Below, one piece after another: positions 23,208-31,485 of a DNA stretch of 64,000 bases. The stretch comes from Candidatus Gastranaerophilales bacterium (GTDB taxonomy: Bacteria > Cyanobacteriota > Vampirovibrionia > Gastranaerophilales > Gastranaerophilaceae): positions 54,485 to 118,484 of the forward strand of contig JAFQOV010000004.1 of assembly GCA_017402995.1 (NCBI GenBank), in the 5' to 3' direction. The stretch's first letter is position 1; the number at the start of each line of letters is the position of its first letter. Both the position numbers and the translations under genes were made by a program. The notes under the pieces were generated by a model. The model was not told where the DNA came from, searched no databases, and saw only the letters and a list, made by a program, of their open reading frames with translations.

Positions 23208-26111
23208 ATGCCAATTTCTACTAATACAGGAACAAGAGATATCCCATTGCAATTTGCTAAACAGTTAAGTGAAATTGTCAATCAAGAGTGGGAAAGCGGC
23301 AGTTTTATACAAAAAGTCACTCCTGTTACACAGGATTTATTAAGATATTGGTTTAATCCTGTGTTTTGCGAAACAAGAGTTATTAATTTTCACAAAGGGC
23401 AAAAACAAGCTATTTTGAACGCAATTTATTGTCATGAAATTTTAAAAATTGATTCAATACTTTCTATGTATCAACAAGCGAGTCAAGATTTATTATCTCC
23501 TAATTTTTTTAATTACATTGCAAATGATAAATTTCAATATCCAAAATATTGCGTTAAAATGGCAACAGGCACAGGAAAAACATTTGTTTTAAATGCTTTA
23601 TTAATATGGCAATATCTGAATGCGAAGTTTAAAGAAGTTGAAAATAACGTTAAATATACGAAAAATTTTTTATTGGTTGCGCCAGGGTTAATTGTTTATG
23701 AAAGATTATTAGACGCATTTTTAGGTAAAGAACAAGAAGACGGGACAAGAGATTTTTTATCTTCGGACATTAAAAGAAATGAAAATTTATTTATTCCTGA
23801 GCGATATAGACAAACTGTTTTTAGTTTTATTCAAAATAATGTAGTCAAAAAAGATGAAATCGGTAAAAAAATTACCGGTGATGGCTTAATAGCTATCACA
23901 AATTGGCACTTGCTGGCTGGAGTTGAAGAAACAATAGAAGATACGAAAGTTTCACCATTACAAGACCCAAGCAATATTGTCAAAGATTTATTACCAATTA
24001 CTCCTGGCGTTACAGCAGGCCATGATTTGAATATAATTGATAACAAATATTTAAAAGGCGGAGAATTAGAATATTTGCAATCATTAGAAAATATTTGTGT
24101 ATTCAATGACGAAGCTCATCATATTCATGAAAATAAACAAAATGGTCTTGTTGCAGAAGTGGAATGGCAAAAATCACTAAATTTTATTTCTGAAAACAAA
24201 GGCAAAAATTTTATTCAAATAGATTTTTCTGCAACGCCATACAGCGTAACAGGCTCTGGTCAAAAAAGAACAAAACATTATTTTCCTCATATAATAGTAG
24301 ATTTCGCCTTAAAGGAAGCGATTAGAGAAGGTTTGGTTAAGACAATAGCTATTGATAAAAGAAAAGAGATTGCAACAATAGAAAATGAAGACTTGGATTT
24401 CAAGGCTAAAAAAGATGGTGCAAATGTTATCGATTTGTCAGACGGACAAAGATTAATGATTCGAGCTGGTTTAGCTAAATTAAAATTGCTGGAAGAAGAA
24501 TTTGTTAAAGAAGCAGAAAATAAGCACCCCAAAATGTTGATAATGTGCGAAAATACAAAGGCTTCACCATTCGTAATTGATTTTTTAAAACAAGAAGGTT
24601 TGGCAGATGATGAAATTATTCAAATAGATACAGATAAACAAGGTGAAGTTTCTGTAAAAGAATGGGCAACCATAAAACAGAGGTTATTTAATGTTGATAA
24701 GCATTCTAATCCAAAAGTTATTGTTTCTGTTTTAATGCTTCGAGAAGGTTTTGATGTTAGCAATATTTGTGTGATTGTTCCATTGCGCTCTGCGCAATCA
24801 AATATTTTGCTGGAACAAACAATTGGTCGTGGCTTACGTTTAATGTGGAGAGAGAAAGACTATCAAGATATTAAAGCTGAAAATAGACACAAAATGTTTA
24901 TTGAAAAACAAAGCCCTGTTAACTATCTTGATATTTTAAGTATTATTGAACACCCCGCTTTTATTCAGTTTTATGATGATTTAGAAAATGGAATGATTGT
25001 CGAAGAAAAAGAAATGCCACCAAAAGAAAGCGTTCTGGGTGATATTATAACAGTTGGTTTAAAAGAAAACTACGAAAAATACGATTTTTATATACCAACC
25101 ATTGTTTCAGACAAAGAAGAAATTTTAAAATTGGGCGAATTGGAAACAAGCAATTTTAATAAACTGCCTTGGTCTTTATCTCAACTTAAAGAAATTGTTA
25201 AAAATTATGGTGATGAAAGTTTTTATTCAGAAGAAATGACAGTAAAAACAAGATTTGGAGATTATAGAGTTTCTTCTCGATTATTTAATGCAAAAAGTTA
25301 TAATGAGTTTTTGGCAAGAATGCTTGACGCTATTACAAATAATATGGCAAGAATTGCCGGACATTCTTCATATCCGGCAATGCAGATAAATCAAGTTGCC
25401 TTGGTAGAAGTGATTGACAAATACATAAGAACACAATTGTTTGGAGAGAAATTTGATCCAAGCACAGAGAATAACTGGCGAGTTTTATTGGTTGCAAAAG
25501 TTGGAATTCTTGAACATATTATGAAGGAGATCAGCAAATCAATCTATGATATGCAAAATAGTATAGAAATTTCAGAAGCAACGGTAATGAAAAAATATTT
25601 TTCAGAAGTTGATAAAATTAAAATGAGGGAAAATTTTGCGTTAGATATTCAAAAATCAATATACGAAAAAACCGCATATCCATCTAATAAGGGTGATTTT
25701 GAAAAAGATTTTTTAATTTTTGCAGATAAAGATTCGCAAGTAGAAAGATTGTTAAAGATTAATGAAAATTATCATATGTTTGCTAATTTGAAATACATTA
25801 GAACAGATGGATTGTTTTCATCTTATTATCCAGATTTTTTAGTAAAAATAGAAGATAGCATTTATTTTGTTGAAACAAAAGCTCAAAAAGATGTAGAACA
25901 AACGAATATCAAACAAAAGCAAAGAAGTGCTTTAGACTGGTGTAAAAAAGTTAATGAATTAAGACCAGAAGAAAGAATGTTTTCAACTTGGAGATATTCA
26001 ATTCTTGATGATAATACATTTTATTCTATGCAAGCCAGGGGTGCTTCAACCTTGGATCTGCTTGAATATTGCAAATTAACAAATGGAAAAATTGAAGGAA
26101 AGCTGTTTTAA
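23208..26111 (+). CDS. res: Type III restriction enzyme Res subunit (SF2 helicase plus PD-(D/E)xK nuclease)
   Basis: MATGTGKT (motif I), NDEAHH (motif II), QTIGRGLR (motif VI), C-terminal YYPDFLV...YFVETK nuclease motif; 967 aa. Confidence 0.85.
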   Translation: MPISTNTGTRDIPLQFAKQLSEIVNQEWESGSFIQKVTPVTQDLLRYWFNPVFCETRVINFHKGQKQAILNAIYCHEILKIDSILSMYQQASQDLLSPNFFNYIANDKFQYPKYCVKMATGTGKTFVLNALLIWQYLNAKFKEVENNVKYTKNFLLVAPGLIVYERLLDAFLGKEQEDGTRDFLSSDIKRNENLFIPERYRQTVFSFIQNNVVKKDEIGKKITGDGLIAITNWHLLAGVEETIEDTKVSPLQDPSNIVKDLLPITPGVTAGHDLNIIDNKYLKGGELEYLQSLENICVFNDEAHHIHENKQNGLVAEVEWQKSLNFISENKGKNFIQIDFSATPYSVTGSGQKRTKHYFPHIIVDFALKEAIREGLVKTIAIDKRKEIATIENEDLDFKAKKDGANVIDLSDGQRLMIRAGLAKLKLLEEEFVKEAENKHPKMLIMCENTKASPFVIDFLKQEGLADDEIIQIDTDKQGEVSVKEWATIKQRLFNVDKHSNPKVIVSVLMLREGFDVSNICVIVPLRSAQSNILLEQTIGRGLRLMWREKDYQDIKAENRHKMFIEKQSPVNYLDILSIIEHPAFIQFYDDLENGMIVEEKEMPPKESVLGDIITVGLKENYEKYDFYIPTIVSDKEEILKLGELETSNFNKLPWSLSQLKEIVKNYGDESFYSEEMTVKTRFGDYRVSSRLFNAKSYNEFLARMLDAITNNMARIAGHSSYPAMQINQVALVEVIDKYIRTQLFGEKFDPSTENNWRVLLVAKVGILEHIMKEISKSIYDMQNSIEISEATVMKKYFSEVDKIKMRENFALDIQKSIYEKTAYPSNKGDFEKDFLIFADKDSQVERLLKINENYHMFANLKYIRTDGLFSSYYPDFLVKIEDSIYFVETKAQKDVEQTNIKQKQRSALDWCKKVNELRPEERMFSTWRYSILDDNTFYSMQARGASTLDLLEYCKLTNGKIEGKLF

Positions 26112-26118
26112 TAAATAT

Positions 26119-26310
26119 ATGAAAGACCTAATTTCCATACTTTGTCTATTATCTGTTCCAATAGTTAAAGTTATCATTGTTTTGATAATCATAGCTTGCT
26201 TTTTGCCTGATGGGATTTTAAAAGACATTGTTTGTTTCATAACTGCTCTTTTAATTTTCTTGGGTATTATTGGCGGTTGCATAATTTATTTTATGAACCT
26301 TTTTAAATAA
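26119..26310 (+). CDS. small two-TM hypothetical protein
   Basis: 63 aa from the internal ATG; two hydrophobic helices; no clear RBS. The track start at 26083 overlaps res. Confidence 0.3.
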   Translation: MKDLISILCLLSVPIVKVIIVLIIIACFLPDGILKDIVCFITALLIFLGIIGGCIIYFMNLFK

Positions 26311-26320
26311 GTTTCGTTTT
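26293..26320 (+). promoter_or_regulatory. ECF-sigma-like promoter, copy 1 (TGAACC-N15-CGTT)
   Basis: 15-nt ATGAACCTTTTTAAA is identical to 26780-26794. Same spacing to the CGT motif and about 43 nt to the start codon. Confidence 0.45.
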
Positions 26321-26349
26321 ATAAAACAAGATTAAATAAGGAAAATATA

Positions 26350-26766
26350 ATGAAAAAATTATTAGCTTCATTTTTAACTTTGCTATTTTTATCTGCTTCA
26401 GTTTTCGCTGGAACAATAAATTCCTATGATAAATATGGTTCAAAAAGTGGGTCATATAGAACATCTGGCTCTATAACCACAAAATACAATAAATATGGCT
26501 CTAAAGAAAAAATCTACAAAAAACAAGGAAATAAAGTAACTGAATATAATAAGTATGGTTCAAAAACAGCTACATATAAAAAATCTGGCTCAACTACAAC
26601 AAAATATGATAAAAACGGAAGAAAACAAGCAACATATAAAACATCAGGTTCTACAACAAATGTTTATGACAAATATGGTAAAAAAACAGGTTCATATAAA
26701 AAACAATCAAATGGAAAAGTTGTAGAATACGATAAATACGGGCGTAAGGTTGGCACTTATAAATAA
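26350..26766 (+). CDS. secreted mini-protein made of six YD-like 20-aa repeats
   Basis: Signal peptide MKKLLASFLTLLFLSASVFA, then YDKYGSKSGSYRTSGSITTK-type units x6 (26425-26763). Confidence 0.6.
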   Translation: MKKLLASFLTLLFLSASVFAGTINSYDKYGSKSGSYRTSGSITTKYNKYGSKEKIYKKQGNKVTEYNKYGSKTATYKKSGSTTTKYDKNGRKQATYKTSGSTTNVYDKYGKKTGSYKKQSNGKVVEYDKYGRKVGTYK

Positions 26767-26779
26767 AATATTTTCAAAA

Positions 26780-26807
26780 ATGAACCTTTTTAAAATTAAA
26801 TCGTTAT
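26780..26807 (+). promoter_or_regulatory. ECF-sigma-like promoter, copy 2 (TGAACC-N15-CGTT)
   Basis: See copy 1; located 44 nt upstream of the 26838 start. Confidence 0.45.
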
Positions 26808-26837
26808 AAATAATATAGCGATACGAAGGGGTGGACT

Positions 26838-27140
26838 ATGAAAAAAATTTTACTTTTATCTATTTGTTTTTTGACTTTAACATCAACATCTTTTGCAAGT
26901 TTGCAAGATGAAGTAATGAATTACGAAAACAAAAAAGCACAAGACATCAACATTACGCACGACAAACATGAATATATTAAAAAAGGTAGATATATTTATA
27001 GAGTTGATAAAAACGGCGACTTGGTGGGATTTTATAAGACTTCTGCAAGCGGAAAGAAAATCACGTCTTATGATATGGATGGAAACAAAATCCGCACATA
27101 TAGAATGTCTCCAACTGGTAAGTTAAGAATTTATGATTAA
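26838..27140 (+). CDS. secreted protein with YD-like repeats (paralogue-like of 26350 gene)
   Basis: Signal peptide; YRVDKNGDLVGFYKTSASGKKITSYDMDGNKIRTYRMSPTGKLRIYD. Confidence 0.6.
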   Translation: MKKILLLSICFLTLTSTSFASLQDEVMNYENKKAQDINITHDKHEYIKKGRYIYRVDKNGDLVGFYKTSASGKKITSYDMDGNKIRTYRMSPTGKLRIYD

Positions 27141-27165
27141 AAAGCGCCATTTTGGCGCTTTTTTA
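27140..27165. terminator. bidirectional terminator between convergent genes
   Basis: aaaagcgcc-atttt-ggcgctttttt. Confidence 0.85.
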
Positions 27166-30100
27166 TTTTACTTCGTTATATAATTTTTCAAGAATTTTTA
27201 GCTTTGTTCCCGTTTCTTTATATCTTAAAAGCTCACAGATTTCTTCTTCTAACACTTTAGATAAATCATAGCTATAACTTGCGAGCCTTTTGTCTTGGTT
27301 TTTGTCTAAAAATTCGGATAAAATTCGAACCAAAACTTCTATATATGACATGTTTTCTAAAGCTTTTTTGTTGATGCAAACGGCAGGTTTTTTGCCAATA
27401 TATGCTCTTTTGAAAAGCTCAGCTGTGTCGTTATCTTCAACAAGTTGAAGTTGAATATTTTTTATCTCATTCAAATGTTCATAATAGATTTGATTTGTGA
27501 TTAAACTTAATCCTTGATAAAGAATATTTAATTTTTTATTTTCTTTTTCATTTGCTTCTTGGCTATGTATTACGCTTTCTTTTTCATGGTATTGCTCTGC
27601 TGAAACAATTCCAAGTTTTGCATATTCCTTATTAACAAATCTGAAACCGTTATCAATAAAATAGTGTCTTGCCTTTTCGTTAAGAGGTGTTTGGTCTTTG
27701 TTTTTGCTGTTATTTATCCAAACAAGTTTGCTATCTTCTGATGAAATTCTAATCCCTCTTTGTACGGCGCTATCGATTAAGCCAAGCAAAAATGCTCTGT
27801 CTGTGCTGTTGCAGATGTTTACGCCCGCAAGTTTGTCTGAGTTTAAATTTGTAGTAGATAAGATTTCTTCTAATGTTGCAATGGCGCTGATTAGCTCTCG
27901 GGGCTTCATTGTTTTTGCATATTCGCAAGTTAACTTTCTCACCATTTTATGACTCAAATCGTTTCTATCCCTATCGTTTTGAAAATCAAAATGTTTGTTA
28001 ATTGCTTTAATGGTTTTTTTGAAAATAATATTTAAATTTTTTACCCCATTATCAATAGATTCATATTGCGGTCTATATCTTTGAATGTAGTACAAATTGC
28101 CATTATCATCAGGCATGTATTTAAAACCAAAATATTCGTTTTCAAAATCTAAATTAAAAAAGTCGGGGTTTTCTGGGTGATAGAAGTAATCTTTTGCTTG
28201 TAATAATGCTAAAACAACATTTGCGCTTTTTGTATCAAATTCAATGTAATTTCCTTCAAGATGTTCGTCATTTTTTGTTAAAGTTTCTGTCATGATTGCT
28301 GAAGCTATGTCATCTGTAGACCTGTTAAATTCTAAATTCCAATCACCACAACCATATTTGACAAAGCTTGTGCCTTCATTTGATAACAAACTAACGGCAA
28401 CAATTCTTGTGCCTTCGCCAAAAAAGCCTGCGCTTTGCGTATCGTTTTCTTTTGTTGAACTGCCAAGAGTTTGAAGGTGTGAATAATCGTATTTTCCAAG
28501 CCCTTCAACTCTGACTCTATATGTATAGTCATCATTTCTTGAGATTTTTATTTTTGTTCCCTCAAGAGTGTGTCCGTTGCCATCATAAAAGTTTTGCATA
28601 ATATCTCTTGCGATTTTGCTTTCGTCCCAATTGATTTTTGAGCCATAACGAATTGCGATTTTTGCGCTTTGCGGTTTGTTTAATCTTGCGATATCTTCTT
28701 CTTTAATTTTGGCTTTTTCCGTGTTTGTTGGTTTTGCGCCGCCTTGATTTTTAAGTTCAATATTAAGCTCATTGTTTCTATGGATTTTTGTAAGAAGCGA
28801 AAAAGCATTTGCTGGGCTTGGAATTTCGACATATGGTTTTTGAGCTTCAATTTTTCTATATGGATATTTTATACCTGAAACCGAAATGAGCGCGTTTTTA
28901 ATATCTTCTTTTGAAGGCTTATAAACGGCTGATTTTATTGGATATGATTTTTGATGTGTTTTTTTGTCGGATTTTCTTTGAGCTTTTTTTTCAAATTTTT
29001 CTTGGTTTAATGGGATAATTCTTTTTGTTGGCGCTGCATACATCATAGGGTCGTAGATTTCCCTTAATGCTATTAATTTTTTAATAGCAACAGGGTTGTG
29101 CATTAAGGTGCGTATAACAAATTGTTGCATTTTCATCATTTGTTCTGAAAATTCTTTGCTTGTATCTGAACCTGCTCTGTGTGACATTTCATGTAGCCAG
29201 GTTTCAAGATTTTTCGAATAAAAACTATCTAAATGGCAAGTATTAACTTTATGCCCATGATAAATTCCATCTTCGATTATTGCTTCTGCTACTGTGCAGT
29301 CATTACTGTCGCAATATATTTCTCTTAGCTTATCTGAGTCACCAAAGTCTAAAAGAGTGCGTTCTTCTGGCGATAGATTTTCTTCAAAAACCTTCACGGA
29401 CTCATCTGCAATACATATTTTTTTAACAATATCTCTTTTTTCTCTTTCTTTTATTTCCTCAGTTATTTCGTAATTAAAGACATAACTTTTCATTCCGATT
29501 TTTTCCATGTCTTTTATTGCAAGTTTATAGCCAAGACATTTTGCAAAATCTGAACCAAGTCCGCTATCAAGGCAAATGTATTTTTCTTTATCAAAATCTA
29601 TGCCAATTTTTCTTGATTTTGCTTCTTGTAAAATAACATTTAAAAATAGCCTTGCTTCGCTTGCTTCATATTTTTCTTCTGTTGCTAAATCCCAACAAGG
29701 TTTTAATGAAACGGCAATTTTGCACAAATCTTCATCACTTATGGTTTTGACATATCTTGCAAAAAGCTCTGTTAAATAATTGCTGTTAATTTGTGTTCTG
29801 TCTCTGCCGACTGCTCTTAAATAATTACCATTATTTTTTTCAACAAGTTCTGGGGAGTTTGGATTTCTTTTGAAAACAACATGGAAATTTTTCAATGGAA
29901 GGAAATTGCCTTTGTCTTCGTATTCAAATTTTTGAATAAGATATAAATCCCCATTGCTTTTTGGTAAAAATCTAAATCCAAAATATTCATTTTCGTAATC
30001 TAAATTGAAAAAATCAGGGTTGTTTGGGTGATAAAAATAATTTTTAGAGTCAAAAATTCTATTGATTAATTGCAGATTTGAAGTATCAAATTCGATATAG

Positions 30101-31386
30101 TTTCCTTCTATATGTTCATCATTTTTTCTTAAAGTTTGCGTCATTACGGCATCTTTGTTATTTTTAGATGATTTCTTAAATTCAAAACTCCAATCGCCTG
30201 AAGCGTATTTGATATAGTTTGTATCTCTTTTGGATAAAAGATTTGCTGCAACAATTCTTGTGCCTTCACCAAAACACCCTGCGCTAGAGAAGTCGTTGTC
30301 TTTCGAACTGTCGCCTAATGTTTCAAGGTGCGAATAATCGTATTTTCCAAGCCCTTCAATTCTAATGGTGCAAGAACCGTTTAATTTTCTTTTAACTTTG
30401 ATGGTTGTTCCTTCAAGAGTATATCCGTTGCCATCAAAAAAGTTTTGCATGATATCTCTTGCGATTTTTTCTTCGCTCCAATTGATTTTAGAGCCATATC
30501 TTATTGCAATGCCTGCATTTTGAGTTTTGTTTAGTTTTTCTTTATCTTCCTCTCGAATTAAAGCATTTTCATTTCTAACTGGCGCAGCACCACCTTTGTC
30601 TTTGATTGAAAGGCTGCTTTCGCCAATTGTCATAAGTTTAAGCATTAAAAGGCTTGTTGAAGCAAGTCCTTTAATATATTTATGTGGTTTTTTTGGTAGT
30701 TTTTCAAAAGGATATCTTGCTTCTAAATCACCGATTTCTTTTGTTGTAACGCAGTAATTGCTTTCTTTTCCAAGCAAAACAAGTTCGTCGCTATTGTCTT
30801 GTGTTTTGACTTCTTTTTCTAGCGTCTCTTTTTTTGTTGTTTCTTCAAAAGCTTCTATACTTTCTTCAATTTTTTTGCGAACATCTAAAACAAAGCTCTT
30901 TTTGTCAAACTCTTGCGGTGTTCTTTTTTCAATTGGCGTTAAATATCTTTTATATTCTTCATCATTCAATTCAAGAAGATGTAACCAAGACGCAAAGTTC
31001 ATCTCAAATTTGCCTTCAAGAACGCTTTTTAAAAGAGGTCGTTTTTGCAGGTTGATTAATTTTTTTCTAAAATCTTTATCAGAACAAGTGCTCAGCAGGT
31101 GGAAAGTTTTTTCGTAATTTTCATATTTTTTAAAAGCTTGGCGATAAACCAAAGAATTTATTTTTCTATCTTTTAAATCGCTTTTTAAAAGCCCTTCGAT
31201 TAAACTATCAAGTTTATTTTTTGCTTGATTTTGTTCTGTTTGCGCACGAGAAATCAAGCCTTTGAATTTTAATTCATTTTCAAGGCGTGGAAAGTTTGTT
31301 TGTATTGGTTTTGTTGCGTTTAGAAATTTTTTTTGCTCAGGTTTTTTCTGTTGCAAAAAAGAATTTTCAATGTTTTTTATTTTCAT
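27163..31386 (-). CDS. 1407-aa protein: tandem duplication of a ~420-aa GHKL (Hsp90/sacsin/MORC-like) ATPase-type module, one HExxH motif between copies
   Basis: Copies at aa ~225-640 (nt 29467-30714) and aa ~841-1265 (nt 27592-28866). Each has RDIMQNF[FY]DG, EGLGKYDYSHL.TLG.S[ST]K and AG[CF]FGEGTRIVA. WLHEMSHRAG lies at 29179-29193. Confidence 0.6.
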   Translation of the reverse strand: MKIKNIENSFLQQKKPEQKKFLNATKPIQTNFPRLENELKFKGLISRAQTEQNQAKNKLDSLIEGLLKSDLKDRKINSLVYRQAFKKYENYEKTFHLLSTCSDKDFRKKLINLQKRPLLKSVLEGKFEMNFASWLHLLELNDEEYKRYLTPIEKRTPQEFDKKSFVLDVRKKIEESIEAFEETTKKETLEKEVKTQDNSDELVLLGKESNYCVTTKEIGDLEARYPFEKLPKKPHKYIKGLASTSLLMLKLMTIGESSLSIKDKGGAAPVRNENALIREEDKEKLNKTQNAGIAIRYGSKINWSEEKIARDIMQNFFDGNGYTLEGTTIKVKRKLNGSCTIRIEGLGKYDYSHLETLGDSSKDNDFSSAGCFGEGTRIVAANLLSKRDTNYIKYASGDWSFEFKKSSKNNKDAVMTQTLRKNDEHIEGNYIEFDTSNLQLINRIFDSKNYFYHPNNPDFFNLDYENEYFGFRFLPKSNGDLYLIQKFEYEDKGNFLPLKNFHVVFKRNPNSPELVEKNNGNYLRAVGRDRTQINSNYLTELFARYVKTISDEDLCKIAVSLKPCWDLATEEKYEASEARLFLNVILQEAKSRKIGIDFDKEKYICLDSGLGSDFAKCLGYKLAIKDMEKIGMKSYVFNYEITEEIKEREKRDIVKKICIADESVKVFEENLSPEERTLLDFGDSDKLREIYCDSNDCTVAEAIIEDGIYHGHKVNTCHLDSFYSKNLETWLHEMSHRAGSDTSKEFSEQMMKMQQFVIRTLMHNPVAIKKLIALREIYDPMMYAAPTKRIIPLNQEKFEKKAQRKSDKKTHQKSYPIKSAVYKPSKEDIKNALISVSGIKYPYRKIEAQKPYVEIPSPANAFSLLTKIHRNNELNIELKNQGGAKPTNTEKAKIKEEDIARLNKPQSAKIAIRYGSKINWDESKIARDIMQNFYDGNGHTLEGTKIKISRNDDYTYRVRVEGLGKYDYSHLQTLGSSTKENDTQSAGFFGEGTRIVAVSLLSNEGTSFVKYGCGDWNLEFNRSTDDIASAIMTETLTKNDEHLEGNYIEFDTKSANVVLALLQAKDYFYHPENPDFFNLDFENEYFGFKYMPDDNGNLYYIQRYRPQYESIDNGVKNLNIIFKKTIKAINKHFDFQNDRDRNDLSHKMVRKLTCEYAKTMKPRELISAIATLEEILSTTNLNSDKLAGVNICNSTDRAFLLGLIDSAVQRGIRISSEDSKLVWINNSKNKDQTPLNEKARHYFIDNGFRFVNKEYAKLGIVSAEQYHEKESVIHSQEANEKENKKLNILYQGLSLITNQIYYEHLNEIKNIQLQLVEDNDTAELFKRAYIGKKPAVCINKKALENMSYIEVLVRILSEFLDKNQDKRLASYSYDLSKVLEEEICELLRYKETGTKLKILEKLYNEVK

Positions 31387-31485
31387 TTTGCTTTCCTGCT
31401 ATGTAAATAAAAAACAAAGGCTTTTAAAATTGATACAAACAGAATAACTTGTTAACATTTGTTAAAACTCGGTTTGAGGCAAATT

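Noticed and set aside
26425-26763. ~60-bp periodic repeats considered as a possible CRISPR-like array
   Set aside because: The repeats are imperfect, contiguous with no unique spacers, and in frame inside an ORF with a signal peptide. They encode the 20-aa YD-like units.
27698-31117. Several 60-119-aa plus-strand ORFs inside the giant GHKL gene (e.g. 30758..31117, 27698..27952, 29576..29779)
   Set aside because: All are antisense shadow ORFs rich in S/F/L/K. The 1407-aa minus-strand frame is uninterrupted and has internally conserved motifs.
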